From Deinococcales bacterium (GTDB taxonomy: Bacteria > Deinococcota > Deinococci > Deinococcales > JAAFIG01), in NCBI GenBank assembly GCA_043778225.1, contig JAYWGM010000004.1, positions 1 to 55,421 on the forward strand: 55,421 nt of DNA, given 5' to 3'. Positions 18,542 through 28,502 of the stretch are shown here, piece by piece. The position numbers and the translations under genes are program-made. Each line of letters opens with the position of its first letter. Position 1 is the stretch's first letter. Below the pieces are notes generated by a model that had not been told where the DNA came from, searched no databases, and saw only the letters and a list, made by a program, of their open reading frames with translations.

Positions 18542-19897
18542 TTATCTTAATTCATCCACCAATTCAGCCGCTAAACCCACATACGAACTCGGACGCATCT
18601 CGAGAAGGCGCTTCTTATCAGTCTCTGGAATCTCGAGACTCGAGATAAAAGCTCGCATCGTGACAGCATCAACCTGTTCACCTCGGGTCAGGTCTTTCAT
18701 GCGTTCGTATCCGTTTGGCACATTATATTTTCGCATTACGGTTTGGATTGGTTCGGCAAGCAGCATCCATTCATTCTCGAGGTCAGCCGCCATTTTGCTT
18801 GGGTTCACTTCGAGTTTTGCAATCCCAGCTTTGAGGCTCGAGAAGGCAATAACCATGTGCGCCAAGCCCACACCAATGTTACGCAGCGCACTCGAGTCGG
18901 ATAAATCGCGTTGTAATCTCGAGACTTGTAGTTTACTTGCCAGATGCCCAAAAGTTGCGTTTGCCAAGCCAAGGTTGGCTTCGGCGTTTTCAAAATCTAT
19001 TGGGTTGACTTTGTGCGGCATGGTACTGCTGCCGATTTCGCCAGCAGAGGTTTTTTGCTTAAAATACCCGAGCGAAATGTATTGCCAAATGTCTTGGGCA
19101 AAACCAAGCGCAATTTGATTAAAACGCATTAAAGTATGAAACGTCTCGGCAATAAAATCATGGGATTCAATTTGTGTGGTTAGAGGATTATAGGTCAAAC
19201 CCAAACTATTCACAAATTCTCGAGCCAAACCACGCCAATCAGCATCTGGATAAGCGCTGGTGTGAGCATTAAAATTCCCCACTGCTCCAGCAAATTTACC
19301 AAGAAATTCTTGAGTCTCGAGTTGCTTGTACTGGCGTTGCCAACGGTACACAAAGACCGCCATTTCCTTACCAAGCGTGGTTGGGCTGGCAGGTTGCCCA
19401 TGGGTTCGCGCCATCATTGGAAGGCTTTTATACAGTTCAGACAAGCTCGAGACAAGTTGCATCACCTCAAGCAAAAGCGGTTGCACCTGTAATTTTAGTG
19501 CATCATGCAACATCATTGCGTAAGCCAGATTATTAATGTCTTCGGAAGTACAGGCAAAATGTACAAATTCTCCAACATCCTCGAGCGTTGTAGCTTTCAG
19601 TTTTTCGCGGATAAAATACTCCACAGCTTTAACATCATGCCGTGTGGTTCGCTCGATTTCCTTGATTCGTTCGGCATCTGTGACCGAGAAACTTGCTTTG
19701 AAATTCTCGAGTAAGCCAACTTCATCTACTGTTAAAACGCGAATACACTCGAGCTTAGATTCACATAAGAATTCTAGCCACTCGAGTTCTACAATCACAC
19801 GATACTTCATCAAGGCAAATTCAGAGACATAATCCTCAAGCGGCTGCGTGACCCTTGCATACCGCCCATCTATCGGGGAAATACTTTTGATACTCAT
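18542..19897 (-). CDS. purB: Adenylosuccinate lyase
   Basis: SPIDGRY, TRHDVKAVEY, HFACTSEDINN, ARTHGQPA and GSSTMPHKVNPIDFEN motifs. Confidence 0.97.
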   Translation of the reverse strand: MSIKSISPIDGRYARVTQPLEDYVSEFALMKYRVIVELEWLEFLCESKLECIRVLTVDEVGLLENFKASFSVTDAERIKEIERTTRHDVKAVEYFIREKLKATTLEDVGEFVHFACTSEDINNLAYAMMLHDALKLQVQPLLLEVMQLVSSLSELYKSLPMMARTHGQPASPTTLGKEMAVFVYRWQRQYKQLETQEFLGKFAGAVGNFNAHTSAYPDADWRGLAREFVNSLGLTYNPLTTQIESHDFIAETFHTLMRFNQIALGFAQDIWQYISLGYFKQKTSAGEIGSSTMPHKVNPIDFENAEANLGLANATFGHLASKLQVSRLQRDLSDSSALRNIGVGLAHMVIAFSSLKAGIAKLEVNPSKMAADLENEWMLLAEPIQTVMRKYNVPNGYERMKDLTRGEQVDAVTMRAFISSLEIPETDKKRLLEMRPSSYVGLAAELVDELR

Positions 19898-22197
19898 TGC
19901 AACACCACACTTTCGGCTACTCGAGCAGTAATTTCACCAATTAAAAACACATCATCGCCCAGAATCTCGAGGGCTGGCTCGAGTTGATTTTTTGGAATCA
20001 CAATCGTCATCCCAATACCCATATTAAAGGCGTGATAAGAATCGTATTCGGATAATTTTGCACGCTCGAGAATCAGCTTGAAGATACTCGGGATGCGCCA
20101 CGTACCGCGTTTTATCCAAGCTGCTTTGTCTTTTGGCAAGGTGCGCGGGATGTTGTCCCAGAGTCCGCCGCCAGTGATGTGCGCCAAGGCACGAATATCA
20201 ATGCCTTCGTCTTGGAGCGCATTAATGTGGTCTAAGTACGAACGGTGTGGGAACAGCAGCGCTTCACCGATGGTCATACTCTCTAAATCGGCTCGAGGTT
20301 TAGTCCAACTTAATCCAGCTAGGGTTTTTCGTGCAAGGCTGTAGCCGTTGGTGTGCAGCCCACTCGAGGGCAGCCCCAGAATGCAATCGCCTATTGTAAC
20401 TCGAGTCCCATCTATCAGTTGTCCATGCTCGAGAGCGCCAACCATTGTGCCAGCCACATCAGATTCGCCAGTTTTATAAACACCCGGCATCTCGGCAGTC
20501 TCGCCACCAAGGATTATACAATTGGCTGCCCGACAAGCCTCTGCCATGCTCGAGACGATGGTGGCGACCCACTCAGCTTTAAGGGTATTAGCGGCAATAT
20601 AATCTAAGAAAAAAAGTGGTTTTGCGCCTTGTACCAAAATATCGTTAATTCCGTGATTAACAATATCTGCGCCAATTCCAGACCAATTGCCCATTTTAGC
20701 CGCAACCATTGTTTTTGTGCCGACCCCATCGGTACTGGCAACCAAAAGCGGACGTTCCATACTTTTTAAGTCTGAAATGTCAAGAACCCCACCAAAAGCC
20801 CCAACCCCAGCCACTACTCGAGCATCATGAGTAGAACGCACTGCATCCTGCATGAGCGCCACGGCTCTAGTTCCTTCGGCAATGTTCACCCCAGCCCCCG
20901 CATAAGCGCCTCTCTCCTGTTCTTTGGGGGAAAAAGTCTGTCCAATATCGGTACGGAAATGTGCATCCACAAACGAAATTTGTTTAACCCCGGAATACGC
21001 GGTGTGCAGTGCCTCCTCGAGATTAGCTCCTGTGGCACTGACACTCAGCACCCGTCCACCGCTCGAGATAATTTTTCCAGCCTCTAGTTTTGTCCCTGCA
21101 TGAAAAACCAACACATCGTTTGGCACATTCTCGAGTCCGAGTATCTCCTTGCCTGTGGCGTATGTTAGCGGGTAGCCGCCGCTTGCCATGACGACCGTAG
21201 CACAACTTTTATTTTTCCAAACTAGCTCGAGCTTACTTAAATTCCCATCAATGCAAGCCTCGATAATCTCGAGTAAATCCGTCTCGAGCAGTGGCAGCAG
21301 CACTTGGGTTTCTGGGTCGCCAAACCGTGCATTGAACTCGAGAACACGAATGCCATTTTCGGTCAGCATAATGCCAGGGTACAGCACCCCTTTGAATGGT
21401 TCACCACGGACTGCCATTGCCTCAAGAATTGGCTGTACGACCCTGACTCGTATGGTCTCGAGCATTGCAGCGCTGATGTCTGGGGCTGGAGCGTATGCGC
21501 CCATGCCACCCGTATTTAAGCCATTATCGCCATTCAAAGCGCGTTTATGGTCCCGAGCAGGTGGCATCATTCGAGCAGTTGTGCCATCGCAAAAACACAA
21601 AGTGCTGACTTCGCGTCCAAAAAGCCGTTCTTCGATGATTACGGTTTGTCCAGCCATCCCAAAAGCCCCAGAAAACATTTGCTCGAGGGCAGCTTCGGCT
21701 TCTGGCAGATTATCGCAAATTAGTACGCCTTTGCCGAGTGCCAGACCATCGGCTTTAATCACAAAGCCTTCGGTGGTAAATGGATTGTCACGCACGACCT
21801 GTAAGCCATCCTCAAGATTGGTGCAGACCGCAAAATCGGCAGTTGGTACATCGCAAGCTCGCATCATGGTTTTGGCAAAACCTTTGCTCCACTCGAGTTT
21901 AGAAGCTGCCTTTGAAGCCCCAAAAATACGCCGCCCTTTTGCCTCGAATGCGTCTACAATGCCGGCTGCCAGTGGGTCGTCTGGTCCAATAATCGTTAAA
22001 TCTATCTGGTTGGAAACCGCAAACTCGAGCAGGGCTGGAATATCTGTTGTTCTGATTGGCACATTCTCGAGCCGAGGGTCTAAATCTGTGCCACCATTTC
22101 CGGGGGCTACAAAAACTTTTGTAACTCGAGGACTTTGTAGGATTTTCCATGCAATCGCGTGTTCGCGTCCACCAGCACCAACAATTAAGATATTCAT
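19894..22197 (-). CDS. purD: Bifunctional GAR synthetase / AIR synthetase (PurD-PurM fusion)
   Basis: PurD: GAGGREHA, IKADGLALGKGV, NTGGMGAY, EFNARFGDPE. PurM from about aa 432: YAGAGV, STDGVGTK, GGETAEMPG, SSGLHTNGYSL, HITGGG, FNMGIG. Confidence 0.95.
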   Translation of the reverse strand: MNILIVGAGGREHAIAWKILQSPRVTKVFVAPGNGGTDLDPRLENVPIRTTDIPALLEFAVSNQIDLTIIGPDDPLAAGIVDAFEAKGRRIFGASKAASKLEWSKGFAKTMMRACDVPTADFAVCTNLEDGLQVVRDNPFTTEGFVIKADGLALGKGVLICDNLPEAEAALEQMFSGAFGMAGQTVIIEERLFGREVSTLCFCDGTTARMMPPARDHKRALNGDNGLNTGGMGAYAPAPDISAAMLETIRVRVVQPILEAMAVRGEPFKGVLYPGIMLTENGIRVLEFNARFGDPETQVLLPLLETDLLEIIEACIDGNLSKLELVWKNKSCATVVMASGGYPLTYATGKEILGLENVPNDVLVFHAGTKLEAGKIISSGGRVLSVSATGANLEEALHTAYSGVKQISFVDAHFRTDIGQTFSPKEQERGAYAGAGVNIAEGTRAVALMQDAVRSTHDARVVAGVGAFGGVLDISDLKSMERPLLVASTDGVGTKTMVAAKMGNWSGIGADIVNHGINDILVQGAKPLFFLDYIAANTLKAEWVATIVSSMAEACRAANCIILGGETAEMPGVYKTGESDVAGTMVGALEHGQLIDGTRVTIGDCILGLPSSGLHTNGYSLARKTLAGLSWTKPRADLESMTIGEALLFPHRSYLDHINALQDEGIDIRALAHITGGGLWDNIPRTLPKDKAAWIKRGTWRIPSIFKLILERAKLSEYDSYHAFNMGIGMTIVIPKNQLEPALEILGDDVFLIGEITARVAESVVLQ

Positions 22198-22211
22198 TAT
22201 TTAACCCCAAA

Positions 22212-22237
22212 CCGTAGGGGCGGGGCTTGCCTCGCCC
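22212..22237 (+). repeat. GTAG-type REP hairpin; uninterrupted (empty-site) version of the REP in the purL linker
   Basis: CCGTAGGGGCGGGGCTTGCCTCGCCC between purF and purD. Confidence 0.85.
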
Positions 22238-22256
22238 AACCCTGCGAATGCCTCAT

Positions 22257-23762
22257 TCACACGCCCTCGAAAACATTTTTGTCTCGAGTTTCTTCAAATA
22301 ACCATTCTGGTATTTTCAGTGGGTACTTGCCCGTCATACAAGCATAGCAATGCCCTGTATCCTCGAGTGGTGTGTCGTTGTTGCTAATCGCGGCACGCAA
22401 TCCTTCTTCGGATATGTACGCTAGGCTGTCCGCGCCAATATGAATGCGGATTTCCTCGAGACTGCGGTTATGGGCAATTAATTGCGCTCTGGTTGCCATG
22501 TCAACACCCATGAAGCACGGGTGACGTATGGGTGGGCAAGCAACGCGCAGGTGTACCTCGAGCGCTCCTGCATCGCGCAGGAGTTTAACCAGTGGTCCTG
22601 AAGTCGTGCCGCGCACAATGCTGTCGTCTATCAGTACAACGCGTTTTCCCTCGAGATTGCTGCGTAATGGATTGTATTTTAGCTGCATTCCAATTTCGCG
22701 CAAACTCTGGTCTGGGGTGATAAATGTTCGTCCGATGTACCTGTTTTTAATCAGTCCTTCGGTGTATGGAATGCCGCTTTCTAAACTGTACCCAATGCCG
22801 TGTGGTGTGGCGCTGTCTGGTACGGCAACGACAATATCGGCTTGTACGGGCGCTTCTCGAGCCAACCGTCTGCCAATGCGTTGGCGCACATCATGGACGA
22901 CATTGCCCTCGAGGTTGGTGTCTGGGCGGGAAAAGTAAACGTATTCAAAGCTGCACATCGCTAATTGCTTGTTATGCTCGAGGCGGAGACTGGTCACGCC
23001 GCGCTTATCTATGCGGATGATTTCGCCTGGTTCGATGTCGCGGATAAATTCTGCACCGATGGTGTTTAAGGCGCAACTTTCAGAGGCGAAAACCCAGCCA
23101 TCCGTGCCGAGTTTACCAAGGCAAAGTGGGCGCAGTCCTTGCGGGTCTCGGACACCATAAATCGCATCTTTGGTCAGTACGCCAAGGGTGTACGCGCCTT
23201 CTGCCTCGAGCATGAAGCTAATCAGTTGCGATTGCCAAAAATCCACGTCTTTGATATGGACACTCGAGCCGTCTTGGGTTTTGACTCGAGCCGTTTCAAA
23301 GCCCGATAACTGCGTTGGTACTGCCAGCATATAAGTTAAAACTTCGGAGTCCGAGGTGCTGCTTAAACCGCCACCGCGCTCGAGCAGACGTTTACGCAAG
23401 GTGTGAGCATTGGTCAGGTTGCCGTTGTGGGCTACTGATAACGGACCGTGTAGCGTCTCAATTAAATAGGGCTGAGCATTCTTGACATGACTCGAGCCTG
23501 TGGTGCTGTAGCGGGTATGTCCGATAGCGTGTGTGCCTTGGAGCATCTTCAGGTGTTCTTCCTTAAAAACTTGGCTGACCAAGCCCATATCCTTATGGAT
23601 TTTAGCAGTTTGTCCGTCGGAGCTAACAATTCCAGCGCTTTCTTGCCCTCGGTGTTGCAGGGCGTACAACGCAAAAAAAGTGACTCGAGGCACATCGCGG
23701 GTTGGGGCGTAAATGGCAAAGACACCGCATTCCTCGTGTGGTTTATCAGATAAATTGTTCAT
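22257..23762 (-). CDS. purF: Amidophosphoribosyltransferase
   Basis: EECGVF propeptide, LQHRGQESAG, GHTRYSTTG, HNGNL, FEYVYFSRPD, VLIDDSIVRGTT and C-terminal Fe-S cysteines. Confidence 0.97.
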   Translation of the reverse strand: MNNLSDKPHEECGVFAIYAPTRDVPRVTFFALYALQHRGQESAGIVSSDGQTAKIHKDMGLVSQVFKEEHLKMLQGTHAIGHTRYSTTGSSHVKNAQPYLIETLHGPLSVAHNGNLTNAHTLRKRLLERGGGLSSTSDSEVLTYMLAVPTQLSGFETARVKTQDGSSVHIKDVDFWQSQLISFMLEAEGAYTLGVLTKDAIYGVRDPQGLRPLCLGKLGTDGWVFASESCALNTIGAEFIRDIEPGEIIRIDKRGVTSLRLEHNKQLAMCSFEYVYFSRPDTNLEGNVVHDVRQRIGRRLAREAPVQADIVVAVPDSATPHGIGYSLESGIPYTEGLIKNRYIGRTFITPDQSLREIGMQLKYNPLRSNLEGKRVVLIDDSIVRGTTSGPLVKLLRDAGALEVHLRVACPPIRHPCFMGVDMATRAQLIAHNRSLEEIRIHIGADSLAYISEEGLRAAISNNDTPLEDTGHCYACMTGKYPLKIPEWLFEETRDKNVFEGV

Positions 23763-23884
23763 TCGTGAAGCTCCGAAATAGTAGGTTCAAACACGTTTTA
23801 CCAGTGTTGCAAAAAAACTCGGGATGGTCAAGGCAGTTTGCACTCGAGTTTGCACTTTGCACCCAGTCTATTTATGCTTGGCAC

Positions 23885-24658
23885 ATGAGCATCGAAGGTT
23901 CTGGCGGTTTACACATTATTATTACAGGTGCTTCTAGCGGCATTGGCGAGGCAACGGCTCGAGTTTTGGCGGGGGCTGGGCATCGGCTGGTGCTGGCAGC
24001 GAGGCGTGAGGATGTTCTCGAGAAACTGGTGTCAGAACTCAATCCGTCGGGCAAACGCATTATCGGTGTGCCGTGCGATGTCCGCGACCAAGCCGATTTA
24101 GAACGCCTCGTGACTCGAGCGCGGGCAACTTTTGGAGCGGTGCAGGTGGTCTTTAACAATGCTGGCATGGGTTCGGCTGGGCAGTCGTGGTGGTATCGCT
24201 CACCCAAGGAAATCACGGCGATGTTTGAAACCAATTTACTTGCGCCTTACTGGTTGTCGCAGTTGGTACTGCCCGAGATGTTGTCTGAAAAAAATGGGCA
24301 TATTATCAACATGGGCAGCATTCAGGGGATGATTGCCATCTCAAGTTCCTACGGCGCAAGTAAATTTGGTCTGCGTGGCATGAGCATTTCCTTAAACCGT
24401 GAGTTGCACGGCACGGGGGTTCATGCCTCCTTAATTTCAGCTGGCTTTGTGAAAACCCCTTGGACCGAAAAAGGCGGCAAGCGCCCACTGCCGATGGTCA
24501 GCCCAGAAGTGATTGCCCAAGCCGTCTTGCGCTTACTCGAGCATCCTCGAGCCGAGGTGGTTGTACCCAGTTGGTATCGTCCATTGGTCTGGCTTGAGCG
24601 GATGTTTCCAGCCATTGGCGATTATGTGGTACAAAATTCTTGGAAACGCGAAAAGTAA
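23885..24658 (+). CDS. SDR family oxidoreductase
   Basis: TGASSGIG, NNAG and YGASK motifs; leaderless TATGCT-6nt-ATG at 23885. Confidence 0.9.
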   Translation: MSIEGSGGLHIIITGASSGIGEATARVLAGAGHRLVLAARREDVLEKLVSELNPSGKRIIGVPCDVRDQADLERLVTRARATFGAVQVVFNNAGMGSAGQSWWYRSPKEITAMFETNLLAPYWLSQLVLPEMLSEKNGHIINMGSIQGMIAISSSYGASKFGLRGMSISLNRELHGTGVHASLISAGFVKTPWTEKGGKRPLPMVSPEVIAQAVLRLLEHPRAEVVVPSWYRPLVWLERMFPAIGDYVVQNSWKREK

Positions 24659-24876
24659 TTTATCGCACCAGAACACGATTATTTACCTCAGTGTGAAAAA
24701 TCGCACATTTTTACGGATGTTACTAACCTTTGGTATAGTCTACAAAACACCCTCCGAGACGTTGCAAATTCGCTCTAAACCTGTTAAAATCCTTGCTGAG
24801 CATGGGAAGTGGCTCGAGGTACGAAAATATCGTGTCCTCAAAGCCATAATAAAAAAAATGCTCAGGGAGAAATACT

Positions 24877-25179
24877 ATGGCAAAGAAAGTAGTTAAAAAA
24901 ACCATCACCAAGTCCGACCTGATTGACATTCTGGCAGAAAAAACCGCCAGCAAGAAAAAAGATGTCAAAGCCATGATTGACGCTTTTATTGGCGAAGTCA
25001 GTGGCGCACTCGATAAGGGCAGCAAAGTTCAAATCACGGGTTTTGGTACATTTGAAGTCCGTAGCCGCAAAGCCCGTACCGGTGTAAAGCCAGGTACCAA
25101 AACCAAAATCAAGATTCCAGCCAGCAAGTACCCAGCCTTTAAGCCCGGCAAAGCCCTCAAAGACAACGTTAAAAAGTAA
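24877..25179 (+). CDS. hup: HU family DNA-binding protein
   Basis: TKSDLID, VQITGFGTFEV, RKARTG and PAFKPGKALK motifs. Confidence 0.95.
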   Translation: MAKKVVKKTITKSDLIDILAEKTASKKKDVKAMIDAFIGEVSGALDKGSKVQITGFGTFEVRSRKARTGVKPGTKTKIKIPASKYPAFKPGKALKDNVKK

Positions 25180-25193
25180 ACCAAATGTAAAGG

Positions 25194-25220
25194 GGCGCGG
25201 CTTAGGCTGCGCCTTATTTT
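25194..25220 (+). terminator. Intrinsic terminator after HU
   Basis: GGCGCGGC-TTAG-GCTGCGCC followed by TTATTTT. Confidence 0.65.
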
Positions 25221-26069
25221 ATGGCGACCCTTTTCTTAAAACCAAACTTAAAAATTCGGGCGGCTGTACCTACCCTGACAAGTGTTTTGCTGCGAAGTCT
25301 ACCCGCTATATACCGCTTAAATACACTGCCGAGTCTGGCTCGGGAAAAACAATTTGCTGTTTTACAAAGCAGTGCCAAAACAATTGCTCGAGCTTTAGAT
25401 TTACACATCCAGATGGTTGGCTTGGAGCATTTACCAAAAGAGCCTTGTGTGATTGCACCTTTGCACGAGGGCTTACTGGATGTTTTGGCATTGCTGCATT
25501 TGCCTTTGCCAATGTGTTTTGCAACTCGAGGCGAGTTATTTGATTGGCAATGGATTGGAAAAATCATCAAAGCCACCCAAAGTATTGAAGTCAACCCAGA
25601 GCAAGGCAGCTCGAGTTATCGTCGTTTACTGCGTTTAGCAAAAGAAGTTTTTGAGCGCCAAGAACATCTGGTGTTGTTTCCTCAAGGCAGTATTTGCGGC
25701 ATCGAAACAGCTTTTCAAAAAGGTGCATTTACTTTGGCAAAAGCCTTTGATGTGCCAATTTTACCGATTGTATTGGCGGGTTCGCACCGCGTTTGGGATC
25801 ATCCATTCAGCCCCGATTTACAAACCCACCAGACTGTTTTTATGCAAATTCTCGAGCCAATTCGTAAGCCAGACCCGATAGCCTTGCAACGCCAAATGAA
25901 AGCTGTCGCACTGCAACAGCCTATTTTGCCTCGGCGTTACCAACCACAACTTGATGGCTACTGGGATGGTTATGTCTTTGGTATTGACCCCGATTTTCCT
26001 ACAACCTACGAGGATGTGCTAACCCACCGCCAAAAAGCGGGTTTCCAGCCCAACGGCTCAGTCTCCTAG
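25221..26069 (+). CDS. Lysophospholipid acyltransferase (PlsC-like)
   Basis: HEGLLD (HX4D), LFPQG, and GAFTLA...VPILPI motifs. Confidence 0.8.
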   Translation: MATLFLKPNLKIRAAVPTLTSVLLRSLPAIYRLNTLPSLAREKQFAVLQSSAKTIARALDLHIQMVGLEHLPKEPCVIAPLHEGLLDVLALLHLPLPMCFATRGELFDWQWIGKIIKATQSIEVNPEQGSSSYRRLLRLAKEVFERQEHLVLFPQGSICGIETAFQKGAFTLAKAFDVPILPIVLAGSHRVWDHPFSPDLQTHQTVFMQILEPIRKPDPIALQRQMKAVALQQPILPRRYQPQLDGYWDGYVFGIDPDFPTTYEDVLTHRQKAGFQPNGSVS

Positions 26070-27266
26070 ACAGACAATCATTGGAGTCTCGAGTCCACTG
26101 GCTTCAAGTGCCGCATTGACTTCTATTAAACCCACCGCCCGTAATTCCTCAAGCACTTCTTGTGGCGAACGCAAATCGTTTTGCAGCACATAGTCCTCGC
26201 TAAATGCCCCAAGCCAAGCACTGGGGGTTTCAAAACGCAATGCCAAACCAACCTCGAGTTTGCGTTTTATGCGTTCTAATTCGCTTTCTCGAATACCGTC
26301 TTCTTTGGCTCGAGTTAGCTCCTGCCCGAGCCGCTCGAGGCATTGCTCGGTGTGTTCGGGGCGGCATTCAAGCGAGCCATAAAATGCCCCAAGCTCGCTA
26401 TGACCTTCGTGTTCTAAACTGGCAGACACCGCCGTTCCATCGTCTACCAAAGCCCAAGCAAGCCTTGAATTTTCAGAATCACCAATAATCCTAGCAGCAA
26501 TTGCGGCGGGTAACTCGAGTTGGTCGGCAGCCGCAAAACCTTTGGCAATCAGACTGACGTGCGTGTGGGTACTGTCGTGCTGAACCCGCACCAAACCGTG
26601 CTGTGGCGAGAAATCTGGACTGTGCCGACGATTGCGCTGCCCTTGAGGTAAAAGCTGACTAAACTCGGCTGCATCCTCGAGTAAACGCTGCCAATCAAAA
26701 ACACCACAAACCGCCAAAACCATATTGCTGGTGCTGTAATACTGCTCTAAATGGCTTTGCAAATCGGCTTTTGTCTGGCTCGAGAGACTGGCTTTTGTGC
26801 CAATAACTGGTCTACCGAGCGGATGCCCAAGAAAATACTGAGCGGCGCTGGTTTCGAGGGCGATGCTCATCGGGTCGTCGCGGTACAATTCAATTTCCTC
26901 GAGAATCACTTGCCGCTCGAGGTCAAGGTCTGCCACATCCAAACGTGGCTGCATCATACCCAGCAGCAACTCGGTCAAACGCGATTGGGTCTGTGGCAAG
27001 CCAGAAGCCGTATAGGTTGTGGTTTCGTGCGAAGTAAACGCATTGGCATGAGCGCCGATGGCATCAAAGGCTGAAGATAACTCGAGGGCTGAATAGGTGG
27101 CTGAACCCTTAAATAGCATATGCTCGAGAAAATGGGCTGCTCCCAAATTTTGGTCATCTCGAGCGCCGACACGCACCACCAACGCCATTGCCACACTTCG
27201 GGCGGCGGGCATCGGTTGGGCGATTATCTCGAGTCCGTTGGGCAATTGGGCAGAAAAAGGCTTCAT
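26058..27266 (-). CDS. M16 family zinc peptidase, catalytic subunit
   Basis: GAAHFLEHMLFKG (HxxEH), NAFTS and ERQVILEEI motifs. Confidence 0.92.
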   Translation of the reverse strand: MKPFSAQLPNGLEIIAQPMPAARSVAMALVVRVGARDDQNLGAAHFLEHMLFKGSATYSALELSSAFDAIGAHANAFTSHETTTYTASGLPQTQSRLTELLLGMMQPRLDVADLDLERQVILEEIELYRDDPMSIALETSAAQYFLGHPLGRPVIGTKASLSSQTKADLQSHLEQYYSTSNMVLAVCGVFDWQRLLEDAAEFSQLLPQGQRNRRHSPDFSPQHGLVRVQHDSTHTHVSLIAKGFAAADQLELPAAIAARIIGDSENSRLAWALVDDGTAVSASLEHEGHSELGAFYGSLECRPEHTEQCLERLGQELTRAKEDGIRESELERIKRKLEVGLALRFETPSAWLGAFSEDYVLQNDLRSPQEVLEELRAVGLIEVNAALEASGLETPMIVCLGD

Positions 27267-28468
27267 GAATCCAAACCTAATACAAAAATTCGCAACGCCT
27301 TAAAGTCCAACTGCTCAAGCCACGCATTGACCGCTTCTAATGTTACTGCTTTGAGTCCCGCTTGGACTTCCTCGAGTCCACGCACTCGCCCCAAAAGCTG
27401 AGTATCCCGCAACAAAGCTGCGGCTCTTGCGCCTATGCTTTCTAAGCTCATGGCAAGCCCAGTTTCGATGCCCACGGCTGCCCTGTTGAATTCTTCGGCA
27501 GTAATTCCAGTCCGCCAGCGCTCGAGTTCTTGGACAATGACTGCAATTGTTTCAGCAGTACGACTTGGCGTACAACTAGCAAAAACCTCGAGTGTCCCAG
27601 CACCACGCATAAAACTGCTGCCAGCGTGAATGCCATAAACCAAGCCACGCTGCTCACGGACTTCGTTAAACAAACGATTTGAATTGCCACCGCCCAAAAT
27701 CTCGAGCGCAAAACGCGATTCGTAGTAGCCACTTTGGGCAAACCCCACCAGTGGCATCATCATCCCAATCTGGGTTTGGGCGGTTTCTCGAGCCTCAAAA
27801 GTGGTGAATGGCGGATTCCATTTCACTTCTGGAGATGGCAAGGCAATACCACACCAATTCCCAAAAAGTCGTTGCACCAACTCGAGCAAACCAGCCCACT
27901 CGACTGCACCACTGACTGCCAAAATCGCGCCAATTGGGGTACAGCGCTTTTGGTAATCGGCTCGCACCAAATCTGGGGTGAGGCTTGCGAAACCTGCTTT
28001 GTTGCCATACGGACTGCGACCATGTGGGCTGACCAAGGCGGCATTCCACAAGCGGGCATAAAGCAGTTCGTCGGGAGAATCTTCTAAGCCCTCGAGTGCC
28101 GCCACTGCCAACTCGAGGCTGGGTGCAAAACCTTCTGTGTCTAGCCTTGGGTGCAAAACCCAATCGGACAGCAACTCGAGGCTGAGCGCCGCATCCTTGG
28201 CTAAACAAGTCACGCTCCATGCCATCCCCTCGAGTCCAACTTCACTGCCCCGAATCGCCCCGAGGTCATCCCACGCATCCTCAAAAGCCCTTGCGTTGCG
28301 TCTTCCAGCCCCACGCCGCAGCCACTCCTCGAGTAAACTGCTGCTACCCGCCATGGGTTCGGTCAATGCGCCACACGGCACAGATAGCTCAAAACAAATC
28401 AGTTCAGAAGTAGCGACTGGCTCGAGGAGTAGCGAAAGCCCATTCTCGAGCTTTGTTTGAAGAATCAT
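27263..28468 (-). CDS. M16 family peptidase, non-catalytic partner subunit
   Basis: Lacks HxxEH; has ILGGGNSNRLFNEVREQRGLVY. Leaderless TAGAAT-7nt-ATG favours a start at 28468. Confidence 0.88.
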   Translation of the reverse strand: MILQTKLENGLSLLLEPVATSELICFELSVPCGALTEPMAGSSSLLEEWLRRGAGRRNARAFEDAWDDLGAIRGSEVGLEGMAWSVTCLAKDAALSLELLSDWVLHPRLDTEGFAPSLELAVAALEGLEDSPDELLYARLWNAALVSPHGRSPYGNKAGFASLTPDLVRADYQKRCTPIGAILAVSGAVEWAGLLELVQRLFGNWCGIALPSPEVKWNPPFTTFEARETAQTQIGMMMPLVGFAQSGYYESRFALEILGGGNSNRLFNEVREQRGLVYGIHAGSSFMRGAGTLEVFASCTPSRTAETIAVIVQELERWRTGITAEEFNRAAVGIETGLAMSLESIGARAAALLRDTQLLGRVRGLEEVQAGLKAVTLEAVNAWLEQLDFKALRIFVLGLDS

Positions 28469-28502
28469 TGGGGGCATTCTAACGCGCTGATAAGTAAGAA
28501 GC

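Noticed and set aside
21188..22204. 338-aa plus-strand ORF and other long antisense ORFs (e.g. 41266-42021, 49236-49799)
   Set aside because: Shadow frames opposite well-supported genes (purD-purM, ftsK, secDF) with no recognisable motifs.
23262..23294. ACTCGAGCCGT direct repeat in a purF loop as an insertion scar
   Set aside because: The 22-nt spacing is not frame-preserving, and the match is largely explained by CTCGAG abundance.
23780..23880. Purine riboswitch or PurR box upstream of purF; TTTGCAC x3 at 23837-23862
   Set aside because: No recognisable riboswitch consensus, and the short repeats are too weak to call.
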